Positions 62,270 to 64,000 of a stretch of DNA of 64,000 nucleotides are shown in pieces. The position numbers and the translations under genes were made by a program. Position 1 is the stretch's first letter. The number at the start of each line of letters is the position of its first letter. The DNA comes from Alphaproteobacteria bacterium (GTDB lineage: Bacteria; Pseudomonadota; Alphaproteobacteria; MPNO01; UBA830), in contig OZ251539.1 in NCBI GenBank assembly GCA_965243135.1, positions 2,848,001-2,912,000 of the forward strand, read 5' to 3'. Under the pieces are notes generated by a model, which was not told where the DNA came from, did not search any database, and was given only the letters and a program-made list of their open reading frames with translations.

Positions 62270-63813
62270 ACTTCCGCCGCAGGAAGCCGGCGGCCGGCCC
62301 GCCGCGGCTGGCGGCGGCGCTGGATCCCGCGCTGCGGCCGCATTGCGCGCTGTGGACGGACGGGCGGTGCAAGATCGCCGCCGGCCACGAATACGATCCG
62401 GCGCTGCGGACGGCGCTGCTGGAATTGCGGCGCTCGGGCGCGGTCGCGGGAGATCTCGTCGAGGAAACCGCCGCCCCCGGGGAGATCGCGGCCGCATGGC
62501 GCGGCTTGCAGGCCGCCGACGGCGCCGACCCGGCGATCCTCGACCGGGTGCGGTCCCTGTTCTCGGCCGCCGCCCGCGCGCGCGCCTCGGACGTGGCGTT
62601 CGAGCTCGCCGCCGGCGAGTGCCGGGTCTACGCCATCGTCAACGACCGCAAGCTGCCGCTGGCCGCGCCGCTGGCGCCGGAAACCGGCCGGCGGGCGATG
62701 GGTTACCTCTTCCACTCGAAGGACGAGGGCTCGGGGCAGACCAGCTACCAGCGCCACTCGTTCCAGGGGTTCTCGATCCGCGGCGACGGCCCCGTTCCGC
62801 TGCCGGAGGAGGTGTCGGCCCTGCGCTGCCAGCGCGGTCCGCACGAACCGGACGGCGACCACCTGTTCGCGCGCATCTTCTACCGCGACACCCTGGCGTC
62901 GAACGCCACCCTGGAGCAGCTGGGGTTCTCCGGCGAGGAGGCGGCGGCGTTCGCCGGCATCCGGGCCGCGCTGCAAGGCGGCGTGTTCATCGGCGGCTCG
63001 ACCGGCGACGGCAAGTCGACGACCCTCGCGACCAACCTCGCCCTGCAGATGGCGGAGACCGGCGGCGCCCTCAACATGGTGACGCTGGAAGACCCGGTGG
63101 AGTATCCGATTCCCGGCGCGGTGCAGATCGCGGTGCCGACGTCGGGTTCGGGCGAGGAGCGGTCGCGCCATTACAAGGAGGCGCTGTCGCATTTCTGCCG
63201 GGTGCACCCGGCGTCGGGCATGGTGTCGGAGATCCGCGACGCCGAGGGCGCGCGCCAGGTCCTGCAGTTCGTCGACACCGGCCACCAGATCTGGACCACC
63301 ATCCACGTCGACAACGCGAACGCGATCCTGTTCCGGCTGCTCGACCTCGGCGTGTCGGCGGCCGAGGTCTGCAAGCCGGGCAACATCGCGCTGCTGATGA
63401 AGCAGACGCTGCTTCCCGAGTTGTGCCCGTCCTGCGCGCTGGCGGAGCCGACGGGTCCGCTGCCGCCCCTGCCGGGGCTGCGCTCGCGGCCGCAGGTGCG
63501 GTTCCGCAACCCGGCGGGCTGCGAACGCTGCAGCCGCGCCGCCGACGGCGAGATCGCCGAGAAGGCGTGGAACGGCTACGCCGGGCAGACCGCGCTGGCC
63601 GAGTCCATCCGTCCCGACGACGGCTATCTCGACCTGGTGCGGCGGGCGGAGCCGGGCGCCGCCAGGCGGTACTGGACCGGGGAGCTCGGCGGCGTGCCGA
63701 TCGGCCGGAAGATCTGGGAGCGGGTGGCGCAGGGCCGCGCCGACCCGCGCGACGCGCTGCTCAAGGGCGCGCGTCCGGAGCGGACCGGCCTGCGGGCGGC
63801 GGACGCGGCATGA
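62266..63813 (+). CDS. pilQ: Type IV pilus assembly ATPase (PilQ/GspE family)
   Basis: GSTGDGKSTT Walker A, TLEDPVEY, SEIRD, TGH..TTIH, CxxC pairs. Confidence 0.9.
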   Translation: MNFRRRKPAAGPPRLAAALDPALRPHCALWTDGRCKIAAGHEYDPALRTALLELRRSGAVAGDLVEETAAPGEIAAAWRGLQAADGADPAILDRVRSLFSAAARARASDVAFELAAGECRVYAIVNDRKLPLAAPLAPETGRRAMGYLFHSKDEGSGQTSYQRHSFQGFSIRGDGPVPLPEEVSALRCQRGPHEPDGDHLFARIFYRDTLASNATLEQLGFSGEEAAAFAGIRAALQGGVFIGGSTGDGKSTTLATNLALQMAETGGALNMVTLEDPVEYPIPGAVQIAVPTSGSGEERSRHYKEALSHFCRVHPASGMVSEIRDAEGARQVLQFVDTGHQIWTTIHVDNANAILFRLLDLGVSAAEVCKPGNIALLMKQTLLPELCPSCALAEPTGPLPPLPGLRSRPQVRFRNPAGCERCSRAADGEIAEKAWNGYAGQTALAESIRPDDGYLDLVRRAEPGAARRYWTGELGGVPIGRKIWERVAQGRADPRDALLKGARPERTGLRAADAA

Positions 63814-64000
63814 TCCGGTTGCTGGGAGCGCTGGCGCTGCCGCGGTCGGCGCGCATCGACGCCTACCGCACGATCGCGGGGCTGCTGGAGGCGGGCCGGG
63901 ATCTGGAATCGGCGCTCCTGGCCGCCTCGCGTTCGGCGCGGGGCCAGGGGCAGCGGCTGCGCGCCCTGGCGCTGGAACGCTGGCGGCGGGCGCTGAGGGA
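63810..64000 (+). CDS. PilR/GspF-like inner-membrane platform protein, partial
   Basis: ATG overlaps pilQ stop; RIDAYRTIAGLLEAG resembles GspF N-terminus; cut by window end. Confidence 0.55.
   Translation, partial: MIRLLGALALPRSARIDAYRTIAGLLEAGRDLESALLAASRSARGQGQRLRALALERWRRALR

Noticed and set aside
57581-64000. Shufflon linked to the type IVb pilus
   Set aside because: No rci recombinase, sfx repeats or inverted cassettes in the window; array copies are all co-oriented.
1-64000. tRNA or rRNA genes, including a tRNA integration site near the integrases
   Set aside because: No cloverleaf or rRNA signature recognised by eye; tRNAscan-SE would be needed to exclude fully.

Overview
GC-rich bacterial accessory region, probably alphaproteobacterial (weak inference from a MutT remnant), heavily rearranged and partly decayed. 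Left to right: (1) an eroded GT2 gene, IS66/ISKra4 debris and an AT-richer sulfotransferase-coiled-coil-glycosyltransferase fusion with a perfect 4x63-bp repeat; (2) a ~14.6-kb integrative mobilizable element (two tandem tyrosine integrases, a nuclease-like ORF, a type ISP restriction-modification enzyme with an internal G17 tract, a MobF relaxase, three RHH genes) that appears inserted inside the left end of an IS66 element; (3) a Gtr-like surface-glycan modification operon plus rfbA; (4) the most striking feature, a ~25-kb co-oriented array of 11 copies of an AAA-ATPase + PD-(D/E)XK nuclease gene (3 intact, 1 N-truncated, 1 single-frameshift, 6 eroded or partial) whose ATPase halves are patchwork mosaics of shared allelic blocks while the nuclease end is nearly invariant, interleaved with repeated spacers, IS4/IS66 remnants, a mutT pseudogene and an ORF-less group II intron; (5) the start of a type IVb pilus operon (pilN-O-?-P-Q-R). 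No tRNA, rRNA or CRISPR array was seen. All family assignments come from motifs read by eye, not database searches; pseudogene boundaries are approximate, and assembly error in repeats cannot be excluded.
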